DNA of 64,000 nucleotides from Bigelowiella natans CCMP2755 (GCA_000320545.1 ADNK01002830.1:32292-96291), one strand, 5' to 3'. Shown: positions 25,334-40,369, counted from the stretch's first letter. A program made the numbers and translations. Notes: generated by a model from the letters alone, not told the origin.

Positions 25334-26425
25334 GATTCCCCTGGCTTTGGACGTGTAACACCGATGGCAAAAAATGGAAAATCCAATCTATAGAATTTAT
25401 ACGACAATAATAATAATCAGTCGTATTTAAAATTTATGGGATTGGTTTTCCAGCGAAGATGGAAGATAGTGAAACATGTAATGATGGTGATTACTGACAG
25501 TGCGACAAAAATTATTTCAGACTTATATGTAAAGAAAATGTATATTTCTAATGAGTGTCTGATAAATACGACAAGTCGTTACTCATAATTATATCGTAAA
25601 ATTACCACACTCTTGAAAATTTATACCCTTCTAGGGATACGTTCCAAATATTACAGAGGATTCTCAATCTTCGTATCTTTCCCGAATCGCTCTCTCTTAC
25701 AAACAATACTTAGAAATTAAGAAGGATTCAGGTATCAAACGAAAACAATATATATCCTGTATTGATTTTACTACCATCCTATATTTGAGAAAGAATGTAT
25801 CCATATTGAAATATTTGGTCGAATTGGGGTATAAAAAATGACTTGTCTCAAATTGTGATATCTGATATATGTGTAATTTTTCATCAAATATAACAAGTAT
25901 AAGTAAATTATTCACTGAAATATAAGCTCTTTTTGATGAAAATAAAAATAATTGTTGTGAAGAAAGAGAGTTGGAAACCTCGCAGACGTAGGCGTAACAT
26001 AGCAAGGTACCAACGCTGGAAAAATGTATGACTGGCCTGGTGCAGATGTCTGAAAATGTAGGGGAATTCTATAGAATTTGCATCTATTTTCAATTAGCAG
26101 ATATCGGAAAAAGGAAAAGAGGTTTTTTGACAAGTCGTAAACTTATTTCATAGTTGATTTTTGAAGTTGTAAATGGAAAATGGCAAACCATTTTCTAAAC
26201 GTGTGGACTTCAGATAGAAAAGATTGCCTAATTGCAGCTTATCTTTGTGCCTTAATTCATAATTGGTACATTTTGTATGTCGTTATAATGAATTACAACT
26301 AAAATAACGATAAAAGACTTTTTTTGAAGACTTTCCAAATCTTCCACTTTTTGGACATTACGGTCAAAAGTCGCGAGGTGAGTTTCCTCATCTTCGTGAT
26401 TGGCCCCTAGGCAACCCTAGGCAAG

Positions 26426-28935
26426 ATGCTTCACATCCTTTTCCTGGTTGGGTCCGCCCATGCGCTTATGCGCTCCCCACAGAAAGGGTAAGTTTATCAA
26501 ATCGAATTGCCTCGGTAAAAAAAGTGAGGATTTTGTTGTTTTCGAAGGATGACTTACAATGAGGTGCAAGGATGCAGCCTAGGCTCTCAGGCGGATATGC
26601 TCCAGGCGATCAACGGGAAAACAGACGGACAAACGGTTGAAGATTTCAAAGATTGATTGTCAATTCGTTTTAAAGTCGACATATTGGTAAATAGGATGCA
26701 TGCGAAGACTTTTACCAGCATGCCTGCGGAGGTTGGATGAGTGCACCTGAGAATGCAATTCCCAGTGACCGCTCAAGCTGGGGGACTTTCCATGCGTTGG
26801 TAACTGATATACCACATTTGTGAATATATCTCTTGCTGATTCATCAAATTTAACATTAGGGAAAGAAAAATCAGTTAGTTGTGCAGGAGATTCTCAGTGA
26901 GAAATCTATGGGCGCTCCACACATGTATTACAGATCTTGCATGGACGCTGAGGGTATTGCATATTTCCACACTACAAAATTGGCAGTATTTTAATTTCAA
27001 TCTATTATTTAAAGCAATTGATAAAGCCGATAAAGCGCCCATGGAAATGCTATTGAGGAATGTTGGCCTCTCCTTTGGGACGGCAGATGATTCTACGGGG
27101 AGTTGGACAGCGGGCGATTATAAGCTTTTGCAGAAGGACATGTGCTCCATGTACATGGTAGGTACAGCCGCCTTCTGGTCTGTTGGGGTTGGAACTGTAC
27201 CTGATGATCCAAAGAAAAAAGAGGTCGGGCTTAGCCAAGGGGGCTTATCGCTGCCACGGTCTATGCTTGCCAAAGGATCAAGCAGTACCAAGCACGAAAA
27301 ACTTAAGAAGCACATTGCTGATTCTTTCCAGCTTTTGGAGGGCGGAAATTCCGATATGAAGATGGCGGCGGACATAGTGAAGCTAGAGATGGATATCGCT
27401 GATGTAATGTTGGATGAAGTTTCTTTGAGGGACCCGAAGAAAACTTTCAATCCGATGTCAGTTGCCTCGTTTCAGGAAGGAGGGCCTGAGAAAAAATATC
27501 AGATGAAGTTTCCTTGGCAAGACCACTTGGACTGTATCTATGGAAAAGGGAAAGTGAAGAATGTCGATGTCGCTACCCCAAGCTACTTTAACAAAATTGA
27601 ATCTGTTCTAGAATCTCACAGCAAAAAGACTGTTGCGAAGTATCTGAAGTGGAAAGTGTTCTCTGCACACTACACCCACCTCTCTAAAAGATTTTATGAT
27701 GAAGCTTTTAGCATGTCTAAGGCCCTTGGCGGCGCTGAGGAAGAGCCAAAAAGAGAGGAAGTCTGTGCATCTCGAACTGAAGGAGCGTGGGGGGACTACG
27801 TTTCAAGAGCTTTTGTAGAGAAGATCGGGTTCGATGAACAGGATCGTACAACTGCGAAAAAGATGATACATCACATTAAGAATGCGTTCATAAAAAATCT
27901 TGCAACGAATGAATGGATGACTCCAGAGACAAAGGCTAAGGCAAAGAAGAAGTGTTTAGCCATTAAGGAGAAGATAGGGTATCCAGACTACATTAATAAT
28001 GTCACGTACCTCGAGGAGAAATACCAGGGAGTTACGTCTGAAGGTGCATACTTTGACAACCACATGTCTTCAGTGAGAGCAGGTGTTCAACGGGGTATAA
28101 AAGATCTCGACAAACCTGTAAGTCAGGAATGGGACATGGATATGTCCACTGTAAATGCGTACTATGATCCAAGCAGAAACGAGGTGAGTTTTTAAACATA
28201 TATTCGTTTGCACTTTGTTCTAATTCTCAACAATACATAATATAGATCGTTTTCCCGAGCGGCATTTTACAAGCGCCATTCTTCAACAAGGAATATCATA
28301 TGGCCTATAACTTTGGTGCAATCGGTGTGGTTATGGGGCACGAAATGTCACACGGTTTCGACGATCAGGGTCGTCTATTTGACGAAACTGGAAAGATGGT
28401 TGACTGGTGGGACAAGAAAGATGAAGTAAATTTTAAAGCCCGTGCAGGATGCATATCAGAGCAGTACGGAAGTTACAAAGTGAAGGGGTAAGCAAAGAAC
28501 ATACCTGTCATCCTTGATCGCTGAGTAATTTTGATTGTGAATACGACTCTCAGGGAAACTCAAGATTGCAGTGTGAATGGAAACTTGACCCTTGGTGAAA
28601 ATATCGCTGATAATGGTGGTGTGCATCTCGCCTTCCAAGCATATACGGCCATGACAACAAACAAGAATTCATTCGATGCTTGTACTCCTCAACTGAGCCT
28701 CATTCAGATGGAAAACAGCACCATCACTAACGAGATTACTCCCGAAAAACTATACTTTTATGGATTCGCCCAGGTATGGTGTTCTAAGACAAAACCAAGT
28801 GCCGCTGAGATGCAGGTCAAGACAGATCCCCACTCTCCTGCTGAATGGAGAGTCAAAGGAACAACCCACAACTCAGAGGTGTTTGAACAATCCTTTGGCT
28901 GTTCACCTAACAAAGATAAGTGTGCTGTGTGGTGA
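26426..28935 (+). CDS. M13 family zinc metallopeptidase (neprilysin/ECE-like) with signal peptide, multi-exon
   Basis: MLHILFLVGSAHA signal, DACEDFYQHACGGW, KIGYPD, VNAYY, FPSGILQAPFF, GHEMSHGFDDQG (HExxH), GENIADNGG, DPHSP..R, terminal CAVW. Confidence 0.96.
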
Positions 28936-29229
28936 TTGTTGTACAAAATTGTTACTTTTAATCCCTGGATTTGTGAATGATAGCATGCATGCATGTGCAT
29001 GGTGCGCGCATGCTCGTGGAGTTGTCGATCGCGCACATGGCTGGCATGTCACGCGTTCGTCCTCTACACTAGCTAGTTAGCTAGACCTCGCGACGTCTGT
29101 GACGGTTCGAAAAGTGCTTCGCTCATTGTTGTGCCCGCTCATGGCTTGAATGGTGGCGCGGTCTGACTCTGAAATGTAGCATCATCCGGCCGCGAACAAT
29201 GGGACTCGTCATTGTGTGAACGAAATGCA

Positions 29230-30235
29230 TGATCTAGCAATGAGCGATGAGAGAGTTCTGCCGCGCCAATGATCTGTGGATCGCCGAGGTACAAGTTCCG
29301 CCTGACTTTCTGACGTAGTGCCCCATCGTCCGGAGATGCTGTCGTGGCTCCTTGCAGCTGAGGGTGGTCACAACAACAATTTCGGCACGGTTGGGTACCT
29401 CATGCGCCGCAATTCGTTCGCGATCTTCGATTCCGGTTTCCCGGTGCAGTTGGAGGAGGACCTCGGCTAGTCGGGTTGTGTTCGTGTGGGGCAAAGGACC
29501 AGCTAGCCAGTGTCGATCCCGGCACTTTCCATTTCTCAGACCATTTGAGATTGAATCGCAACAGGCCACCATCTACGTCTCTGCTCACGTTCTGGCGGCG
29601 AACGAGTGCTTCTCCGAGGGCACCAATTGCAAGCCATCACGTCTTCTGCTAGTCTGGTGGATGGTCACATCGACCTTCAGTCCGTCCATTTTGATGAAAA
29701 AGTGCATGACCAGGGGCGACTGTTTTAGGTCCTGTTGGTTCGTGCGTCCCTACAACATCGGCAATTATCACTGGCGATGGATGGGGGAGGAGGAGGGAAG
29801 GTTCTCGCTCACGGTCGATTGAGAATTGCCGTTTCAACGGCACAGAGCGCTGCAGAAAGATTTCGTTGCAGAAAGACCGTGCAATTTAAACTTGTGCGAC
29901 AAAGATGATATGATGTCGCAGGTCATTTCCACTGCAGGTTTTCGACCAGCACAGAAGCTTCCACAATCGCTTCAGAGAAGAAATTTGTGAAGCGAACCTC
30001 CCATGGCGCACATCATATTCACCTTCACGAATGAGAGCGACCAGTCCGAAGTCTTGATGCAGCTGCGCGGGCCATCGACCAAATGTTCGGGAACATGGGG
30101 CCTTCCCGGAGGAAGCTGGGAGATGCATGAGAAGGAGGTAAGCTTCTGACTTTTTGTGCTACCATGTACCCATGTGTCGTTCGATGTATACAGGCGATTA
30201 AGAACGCTAGCAACTTTCCGATGAAGTTCTATCAC
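29230..30235 (-). pseudogene. Decayed coding remnant of unknown family (possibly transposon- or virus-derived)
   Basis: Microsatellite-free, coding-like composition. Overlapping minus-strand ORF pieces (29972..30235, 29886..30128, 29649..29843, 29234..29572) are broken by stops and frameshifts, are Cys/His-rich and Tyr-poor, and have few TpA. Confidence 0.35.
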
Positions 30236-31486
30236 AGACGGTGCGCAGCAGTGCGCGAGGCATACGAAGAAAGTGGCGGGGGCGAGGGTACATACACAAA
30301 ACTTTAGGCATCAACGGAGACTACTATCGTCGTTTGCATTTTTAGGCCTTCCCGCAATCCTTCAATCGCGCTTTCATAATGGTGCAGTGCTTCCTAAAAT
30401 GACCAGGCTTATGGTACGTTCGAAGCTCTTAGGAATACCAAGATCAATATGTATGCTATGCGACGGACTTGTGTACGCCTTGGAATGAGATATATGTTGA
30501 ACAACCTGATTGTATCAGGTCTCTACAGACTGCAAGTATCCTCGTGAGGCCTCGATACGAAGCAGGAGGAAGAATGTACGAAATTTCAGTCGCATTTTCG
30601 CTGGAATTACTATGAGCGCTCCAACCACATCGCATGGCATGCGCACCGATAAATGACACGTAAAACCAGTAAGAATATGTGTAGCCACCAGCAGATTCCA
30701 GAAAACAAAAATCAATATCAACCTATTTATCGTAGCTGGAAATCCATTGTTGGTGCACGTGACATGTATTTCTAATTACTTTCAACCATGCACCGCTTTA
30801 GGGAGATTACGAAAACACATACTTCTTCATCTGCCCTGTAACGAAGGCTGAGGTCGTAAAAAAATCACAGTAGCGATAACTTTCTCAATTTGTTACGTCT
30901 GCATGCAGGCGTGATTCATCATGCCTTGTATCAATAGATAAATATTCTCTCTAAGTTGAGATAAATTTACTCTAAAACCGCAGAAGGAGTCGTGGAAACC
31001 GGCAACTGCGAAGGGATTCGAGTAGGAATAGTGCGCGACGATGACGATGACGATACGACGACGGCGATGATGATGATGTTAGATAGTGAGTACTCTTCAT
31101 AAGCAGACGTTAAGTAACAATGGTATTTGCACGGCCATTATGAAAATCATAATCATTATCTTTTTGATAAGAGAGGAAGTGGACAAGAGCAAGTGGGTTA
31201 AATTGGATGATCTCCTTCCTCGGTACTACCACGTATTCACCGCTAGATTTAACTTCTGACCGCCGCTAGATTTAACCAATGACCAAGAAAATAAGCAATC
31301 GTCATAGCTTAGCAAGGGAGCATCGTTATCATCATCATCATCATCATCAGTCATCATTATCATTTCCATTGCAGCAAACAATAACTAGTTTCTCTTCAAT
31401 ATGACAAATATTCAATAACATAGACGCTACCACAGAGAAGAGAAAGGAGGAACCTCTCAATTGATTGAGGGAAAGCAACTTGTACC

Positions 31487-31538
31487 ATGGATCAAGATGC
31501 TGTTCGACGTACAGGGCAATTTGGTACTAAAGATGACG

Positions 31539-31589
<51 letters not shown>

Positions 31590-32624
31590 CTATCTCTCTC
31601 TCTCTCTGTGTGTGTGTATGTGTGTATGTGCGCGCGCGCGCGCCCTATCCGCCTCCATGCTGCGGTGAGTGTGCTTTCACTCTTCCACATACTTACTACT
31701 ACATTCTCGAAGCTGCGACAAAGGATTCTCTGGTGTCACAACTGGATGATGAAGAACCACCAGCAGCAGCACCAACAGCAGCGTCATCACGGTAAACAGA
31801 AATCGCCAGCAACCGGAACGGAAAGTAGCGATGCAACTACTGACAAGAAAAACGTCGTCGGTAAGAAGGAGACGGCAAAACCTGGACGCTACTCCTCTGG
31901 CGGGGAGTCAACGAATGATAAGAACACAATAGAGGAGCTTTCAAAAAGATTCCAGCTCCTCGAAGAGGTTGGCATATATGCGTGTAGATACTACTATCGA
32001 ATGTGCTTTGGATAAGAATGGGTGCTTCTCAAGCTGCTGGTTATGATGTTGCAGAGAGTTCAAGCCTTGTCTCTCGAAGTTAAGAACCTAAAGTCTCTCC
32101 CCGAATATCTGCTCCAAGCTCAGGTACTGTGTGTGTTGAAGGAGGAGAGAGAACAATGCGGAGGATGTAATTATCATACTACATTGCAATTGACAACGCA
32201 CTAGCATATATTGAAACACAAACGCTTATTTCAACGTGGGTCTTGCTCATCTATAAGCAACAGCGGTTCTCTCTCTCTCAATATATAATATTTATATTTT
32301 TCCAAACTTCGTTCTCACTGTTACCAGAGAAACACTTGGATGTCCCATTTATTCTTCTCCTACTCTTTCCTTCGAATGATGATCTGCTAATCTCCTCCAC
32401 TATCTTTCCCTCATCATCATATCTTCTTCTTCCTCCTCATCATCATCTTCTTCTTCAGGGCATGCCGTGGCCACACTGCTTCTCTCACTCACAGCCTGCA
32501 GCCATCGCGAAAGGGATCCTTCGATGTATCTCCAAGCAGAAGAAGGAGAAAGAAGAGAATGGTCATACTAATCATCGATGGCTTATTGCTCTAGCAGGGG
32601 TGATAGTAATTACTATGTGTAGTA

Positions 32625-32661
<37 letters not shown>

Positions 32662-33185
32662 AAGGCCAAGCTGTCAGTCATATGCACATACGACGCCCAT
32701 GTGATATAGTGCAATGTAAACAACGACAGGAACAAACAAGAATTACTGCGTATACGATTTTTTGCTTTCCCATCCATCCTCCTCGTGATCATCATCATCA
32801 TCATCTTCTTCTTCTTCCTCCTCATTTTCATCTGTCTCCCCAACCCCCTCCCTCCCGTCAGATCCCTGCATCTGGCAAATCAACTCTCTCATTTCAGATT
32901 GCTTCGGAGATCAACAAAATAGTAGCGAAAGAAAACATGGTGAGTAGTAACTAAAGTCATACAATAACAAGTAACCCACCCTCGTACCCCCTCCCCATGC
33001 AGGAGGGAGCAGAGGCGGACACAGAATATGCGTGCGTCATGCCGATGGACGGTAAGTTAGAGGAGAAAAGAGACTGAATGAGAGATACAAATAAAGGCAC
33101 GATGTAATCTGTGGTGATAGTGCTGCTAACATTTCATGACTACTATAACATCCTCTACGCATTGTAAATGATATTCTTTTGGTGC

Positions 33186-33221
<36 letters not shown>

Positions 33222-33761
33222 GTAATAATAATAATAAATTTAATGATGACAAAGGATTCCACCTGACGAGAGCAGAACTAGACCAAATGAAGGACCCCAA
33301 AGAGGCACACGCTCGAAGAGGTTGCACTCATTACATGCTATCTACATCTGCAAAATCACGTGGAATTGGAGGGCGGGGGTGGCAAAGATTAGGTCATGTT
33401 ATGGCTGACGCGTCATTTTCTCTTACCTTCCTCCTTTTTCTCGATTGATTGCAAAGGCTCTGAATGGACCTTCGATGCGACGAAACTTGCCAAATGCCTT
33501 GCTGATATAACAGAACAAACTGACTCTGATATTAAGGTAGGCATGCACCTACATTGGCATTTTCCATCACCTTGTCTTCTTCATTATCATCATCATCGTC
33601 GTCGCCATTGCTAGCACCACCGTCACCGCAGTCTTTGATCGCAACCATCACCGTAGATACCTGGATTCGACCACAAGTTGAAGGACCCTAGCCCTGGCCA
33701 ATACGTCGTATCAAAGAGTATCACTGCAAACCATTCACCGGAGAGAAGAGAAAGATAGGAA

Positions 33762-33828
<67 letters not shown>

Positions 33829-34349
33829 AGGAAAAAACGGGATGTGAGAGCTACTTCTGCTGCTGGATGCATTTAACATCACAGAACATAAGATCGTGCT
33901 GGTGGAGGGACTATACCTTTGCCTAGACAATATACGATGGGCTCCAGTAACTTCTCAGTTTCAGATTAGGTGATGATCATGGAATTAAGGACGTATAAAC
34001 ACTAGCCATTTATGGGCGAAGATCGATGATATATCTTCTTGTCTACTGTCAGGTGCTTCCTCTTCACTCCAATGCAAGTAGCTGAACAACGCATCGTTCC
34101 ACGCCATGTAGAGGCAGGCATCGCGAAAGATGAAAACGCAGCACTGGCGAGGTCCCGTGCACAAAATGCAACAAATGTCCGATAGATATCCAACACGAGA
34201 TCAGCCTTCGATTACATTATATATTCCACAATGGTTGTTTCGTGTTCAACAGGTGGCTCGAGAATGACAAGCAGAACGCAGAAGAAATCCTTAATCATCT
34301 CGATCATGAGAAACTAGATATCCGCATAGTCACGACTGCACCGGGTTAG
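31487..34349 (+). CDS. P-loop kinase of the phosphoribulokinase/uridine kinase superfamily (YFH7/YggC-like), multi-exon
   Basis: WLIALAG|IPASGKST (Walker A), VMPMDG|FHLTRAELDQMKDPKEAHARRG|SEWTFD, PGFDHKLKDP, IVLVEGLYL, RHVEAGI, NDKQNA, stop 34349. The N-terminal exon frame near 31790 is ambiguous. Confidence 0.9.
31543..31642. repeat. Compound dinucleotide microsatellite (TC)n(TA)n(TC)n(TG)n(CG)n
   Basis: Directly visible in the first intron of the kinase gene. Confidence 0.9.
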
Positions 34350-35175
34350 CGGATAATGGTTACTACCGGTTTGCAAGATCTAGAGGCATCTTCGATTCAC
34401 ATCGCATCATCGGTAGCTTTTCATCAAACTACATGTGCTGATGTATAACGACAGATAGCAGCTCTGTGCGCACCAGTGTGTGTAATTGCGAATTGCTTCT
34501 TGATGTATACAATTCTTTATCTTCCAAAATAATGTACATTCATTGGTTATATGCAAATCCGCCTGTACTTCTCTACGTGCGCCATACTACTAGCATATAC
34601 ACACATTACAATGATAGTACATATATTCACCGAGCTATTTATAAAAGTCAACAAAGCTTGTTCACATATATGTGCGCGACGATAGCAAACTACGGCAATG
34701 TACATGCATGTCAGCACGTGCTACACCGCATGCATGTCGCGCACTCTTTTACAACGCAACGTGTACGTCCACAGCGTCTGTACCTTGCACATACTCTGAT
34801 GTATCATTCGTGTATGCAACATGTGACAATGGAAACAAATAGATACAACTTAAGCGCTGTAGTCGCTGCTTTGCATAGCTACACTAGGATGACAATTGAA
34901 AAATTTAAACATTTCATTACATCCGTCTTATCATTCAACACACTGTGCTAAATACTCATTACAATAACAACAAGAAGCTTTTCTGGCGATTAAGTGTACG
35001 ACCGCGCTCGCACGCGACGCTGCCAGGCGTCTATCCCCTGTGCAGGGAAATTGTAGAGCATTTCATGATATCATGAATATGGTAAATGTTGATTAATACT
35101 CACAATAACAGTGGTTACATGTTTAAATGGGACTTAGCAAAAATAACAGAGTAGAGTAATCGTAGCAGATTTGAT

Positions 35176-35874
35176 TCAATTCATTGACACAGGCAGATCC
35201 CCTTTTCGGATAGCTTTCGCAAGTGCTTGCTGTTTATGGGAAGATAAAGCATGAACGATAAGCCATTGGATATTACAACTACTTGACACATGAGAAATGA
35301 AATAATCTGTGATCGACCTTTCGTTTCTTCGACTTCATTTTACGTTGTGATTTCAGCCGCTTTTGTCGGGCTGATGACAATTGCAAGATGCATACGTCAC
35401 ATCGCGTATCAACCATAATCTCTCTCACAACAGAACGCATGTGGAATGAATCATCAAATTTTTATTTCATTGGAACAGGTGAGGAGAGGTAGGGATCGAG
35501 TCATGACCATACGTGAAGTTGTTGTCCCATCGTACCGACTTCTCCCTTTCCTCCATCATCTACACTCTTTTTCTTCGTAATACTTCCCCTTCCTTAACCT
35601 CTGCTATTCATCTCTTTTCTCTTATGAGCATATAGTAGTTAATGGCTACTGGTGCTGACCTGCTTCCTGTGGATTGATCACTTTTCCTTGCTTCCTCTTT
35701 CTGGAACGTTCGTCGCGCCTTGCCTTGAAGACACTGCGAACCTGTGTGAGTGATGGTAATGATAATGCTTATGACGACGATGATCAGCATAGTGACGACG
35801 ACGACGAGATTCCTAGTAGCGTCATCACATGCCTTTCTCTTCCCCCCACTCTTTCCCTTCCCCGCCCCCGCTCT

Positions 35875-35910
<36 letters not shown>

Positions 35911-37182
35911 ACACACACTCCCATCAACAAAGATCAGCGCCTGCCTGCCTGTCGGCTACCTTTGCAAAAGCCAATGCAAACTTCTCGTCTCCCACGCACT
36001 TCTGGATTAGCTCCAACACCTACAGCGCAGTCACAGCAATCATGAAAAGACGTAGGTGAAAACGCCACTCGGCTTTTGCGGAGGAACTATGTGAAAAACC
36101 TGCTGTGCTAATGACTTCAGCTCCTCGTTTGTGTCACTGTGTCCCTCTGTGGCCTGAACATGGCATCGCAAACACGAAGTTGTTGGCAAATACTTCGATC
36201 CTCCAAGCGCTCACGTATCATACACGTTGCGCCTACCGACTCATCACCCTCTCTCCCACACTCACCAGCCAACAACACTTGGCAGCCAACACTTCCGTAC
36301 TTTACTACTTACCAGGTATAAGGGCGGCAATATCGACTGCTCGAGGTACTCCGCTGTCTCACTGGGGTCAAGCTTTGAAGATATGGCTCCGAACAGCTGG
36401 AAGATGCACCTGGGAGTAGTGGCGGCAGCAACCATCGTTATATATAAATACATAGCGTTTGGAATAGAGGGTGTATCAGCTGCTGTTGGGATTTTGGCAC
36501 TTCTGTATAGTAGGGCGAGTGAAGGGGCTGAATAAACACGTTTTGTTGGTGCGACAGCAACGCCGTTGATGACCTTCTCCGCACCACCCAGCCTTGGTCC
36601 TTCTTCTCGCCCACCAGAGTTAGCACTTTGAACGATGCGCTCCCTGGTGGTGGAACGATATATGAGTATGGATCGTAGTCAGATATAAGGCTGCTGCTGC
36701 TGATTCTATTGCTTCATAATAATGACCATGATAGTGACTGTCTTGGTTACCTTTCGGGGCTGGCTTCCTTGCAAGATTTCCCAGTCTTCTCACCTGTACG
36801 CAAAAGGCAGCAGCAGCAGCAGCAGCAGTGGCTCGTAATGAGAGGGAGGACTTACTGATAGCTGCTCCCCATTCTTTCGTCCTCATATCCCCTTTTCCAT
36901 CTCACTGTCGTTTGTGTCTCTATTCTCACCGTTTCAGCGCGGAACTTGGCATCGGCTGTCGCGTGCAGTGTGGTGAACATCAGGTTCTTTGCAATCTGCT
37001 GTCCCAGCGCCTGCAAACCGACAACGAAGCTTGCGTCAAGCGAATAAATCTTACGACGACGACGATAGTTGTCATCATGACGAGGACGAAAAACAAGCGT
37101 GATATCAGCATATCTCTCCCCCCCCCTCTCCCCCTCTCTCTTGCTCTAATACATATACTCAAAGAGGGAGCGTACAATGCAT

Positions 37183-37214
<32 letters not shown>

Positions 37215-39115
37215 TTTGTTGGCCAGCACCGATGTTAGGAGCTGATCTGTAGCCAGTGCGCTGGAAGAGGCTCTCCCCAGCATCGACAACATTTTACTAT
37301 CTTGTTTGCCACTGCTATCATTCTGCGAATCATCCTCATCACCGGCATCATCATCCTTATTTGCCGTCGTCCTTGCTCCAGCACTTTTTAGGATGCGAGA
37401 ATCGGAGAGCACATGCCCTATCAAACGGGCGCTGGCTGTGCGCACCTATTTTGCGCGTATCAAAGAAAAGAGAGACTTCACAAATATACTCGGTAGCAAA
37501 GATATGTGTTTAACTTCAAATAAGACATGAGCTGTTTGTAGATGCATCAATATTACCCAGACGTGCGGGAAGCGCATGGCCCTGCAGCATAGCTCCGTGA
37601 TGGTGTTACTACTACCACTGCTGCTGCTGCCGCTACTGCTACTACTAGATGTTGCTTCGGTGCTATTCTGGCCATCCATAGCGCCATTCTGCCTCTCCCT
37701 CTTTCTCTTCTTCTTTTTCTTCTTACGGTCGGGTGTCTGCTCGTTATCCTTCGTCTCGCCCCCCCCTTTTGCTGATGGTGTGCGTACTAGCGTCGCCTCC
37801 ACACCGGAGGAATCCGCGAGGAACAACCGCGTAAGAGCTACCATACCTTTTCATTTGCCCGAGAGTCAAAAGGTGTGGATTGTGTAATGAGGTGATGACG
37901 AGGATTATCATGCTTGGACAGAATGGAAAGATCAACGGAGTTGCGCGCAGAGTCTAATATCGACATCCTGCCATCTCCCCCCCCTCCGCCTGCACAACAA
38001 CTTTTGGAATCTCTCCTTTTCTATTATCAAAGCGAGGGCTGTACAGTTCCTATGTGCTCAGTTGCACTTCTTGCCCCTCTTCTTCTTCTTCTTCTTCTTC
38101 TTCTTCTTCTTCTTCTAAACAACCTGCATGTGCGATCTGCCACTGAGAAAGCCTCTTCGAGTCATCATCCTCTTCTTCTTCGTCCTCTCCGTGACTCCCT
38201 GCACGATTTACGGCTTTACTATTATTACCATAGTTTCTGTTTCGACGCCGCTTGAGTTTTGGCAGAGAAATACCAAGAATTCTCTCCACCGGTGGCAGCA
38301 GCTTGCACGTGTACGGGGCAAAGCTGTCCTTTGACGCATTTGCCAGCAGGCCAGTCACCTGGGCGCCTGAGATGCACAGTCGCGTGTGTGTATTGTGCTA
38401 CTCCTTCCTCCTCCTGCTGCTGCTCATGGTGCGAAAAGCTAGTGCATTGTTCTTTTTGTTTCTCATTACATCTTTCAATTGCTGTTTTGGCCTCTATTTT
38501 TCCTGCTCTAGTGAGAGGGGAGGGGGTGAGGGGGGAGGAGGGGGGGGCATGTCACCGGCGATCTGCAGAGGCTGTTTGGACGACTGCTGCAGCCAGCGCT
38601 CAGCGTAGCCGACAAACGTCTTAAGATATTTGCTCCGGGATTCACCCGAAGTCAACAAGCGCGTCACCACTGTCGTTAGTGTCTGTTTGATGGATGGATG
38701 GAGGCCCCACAAGCAAATTAATATTTATTGCCGAGGCGGGAGAATGGGGAGGGAGGGAGGGGCTACTACTGCACCTCAGATATCATTGCTCTGCACACGT
38801 TATCGTCGTCATTCGCAAGCCTGCGTGTAGTATGGACGATTTATACGAGGCAGAAAGGCAACAAAGAAGCGGCTGACACACATACACACACATACGAAAC
38901 ATCCAATCTATGCATATATCCATCTATCTTCCATCGGTGTTATCTATAGTAATTATCGTCGTCCTCTCCTCACCGAAGCACGAGCTGGAGAAACAAAAGC
39001 GAATGGAGAGACTCGAGGAGCTGAATCGGAAACTTGACCACGATTTGATTTAAGAGCTCGATCAACGACTTGCGGCCTGGTGGTAAGGATTGCAGGGAGG
39101 AGAGGGAGAGGGGGG

Positions 39116-39151
<36 letters not shown>

Positions 39152-40329
39152 GACAAGGGAGCAAAGACTGAGTAATTAACAATCGCAACCACCGTGTATG
39201 TGTATTATGTACATATATCTCTCATTTTCGCACCTTCAGCGCGTGGGTAGGCAAGGTTGTTGAGGAGGAAATGGATGTGAGACCGAACACGCTTCTCGCC
39301 CATCGGGTAGTCGACCAAGAACACCTGCCAGCAGCAGCCATTTCTTACTCAGGAACGAATGAGGAAGAAGCACACAGATGACAGTAATTGTAGTAGTAGC
39401 AGTAGTTGTTGCTGTAGTAGTAGCATAGAAAGGGAATAGATGGAAGGAGAAGGAGCTCCACCATCTTCCAATCTATTTTCTATGTCCGTGATTCGCGGGG
39501 GGGGGGGGTACTGAAACTCTATGTAATTCTAGTTTTAAAGATATGTCGGTCATCTCTCTCCTTCACATCAATAGCATCGCTTTCATCATTAATGCTATTT
39601 CTATCATCATCATCATCATCGTTATCTTATATATGATAGGCAGTGACACACCAGTGTCAGTTCTGCGCACAGCTTCCTCACACTGAGAGATAGATACACA
39701 CGCACGCACACACACACAAATGGATCAACAATTACATTATTACAAAAACAAAGGAAATTCACAGTAAGGTCTATTCTTACTGCGGGTCAGCAGTGATGCT
39801 TATACGATGACTCTCCCCAGGTAAAATTGTACCTTGGATCTCGAGATTGGAGAAGCATGTTCCCGACTGTCTGCATAGCGTCATAGACCTGGGCGGAGGG
39901 AAGAGGGGGGGGGGCGGGGGGAGGTGAGTGTGGCACATTCGAATCGAAAGAATCCCAAAGCAATTATATCTAAAGTATATGTACCTCCCCGAGAATTATA
40001 CGCTTCACAATCATTGACTTCAGCAGCCTGTGCGTGAAGGAATGGGGATTTAAGATGTGGAGGGGAACAACTATAACTACAACAACAACACTAACAACAA
40101 CAACAACAACAACAACCACAAACTACAACCTGAGGGCAGAGTTCTGCTGGGAATGCGAGTTTAAGTGCTGCATGACAAAGCTCATCAAGAGCTCCCTACC
40201 CGAACAAAAGTATGATATAATGATGATGATATGATAATACTGCAACGAATACACGAATATAAGATGGGATGTGACCCTTGTTCTTGCGTTGGCTTGAAAG
40301 AGCGACAGTGCCTGCAGCAGCAATGGATG

Positions 40330-40369
<40 letters not shown>

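Noticed and set aside
25340-26400. AT-rich kilobase with recurring gacaagtcgt as a possible MITE
   Set aside because: No convincing terminal inverted repeats or target-site duplication; it is probably plain divergent intergenic DNA.
35062-35077. 16-bp palindrome ttcatgatatcatgaa
   Set aside because: Isolated, in palindrome-rich terminator-type DNA, with no supporting context.
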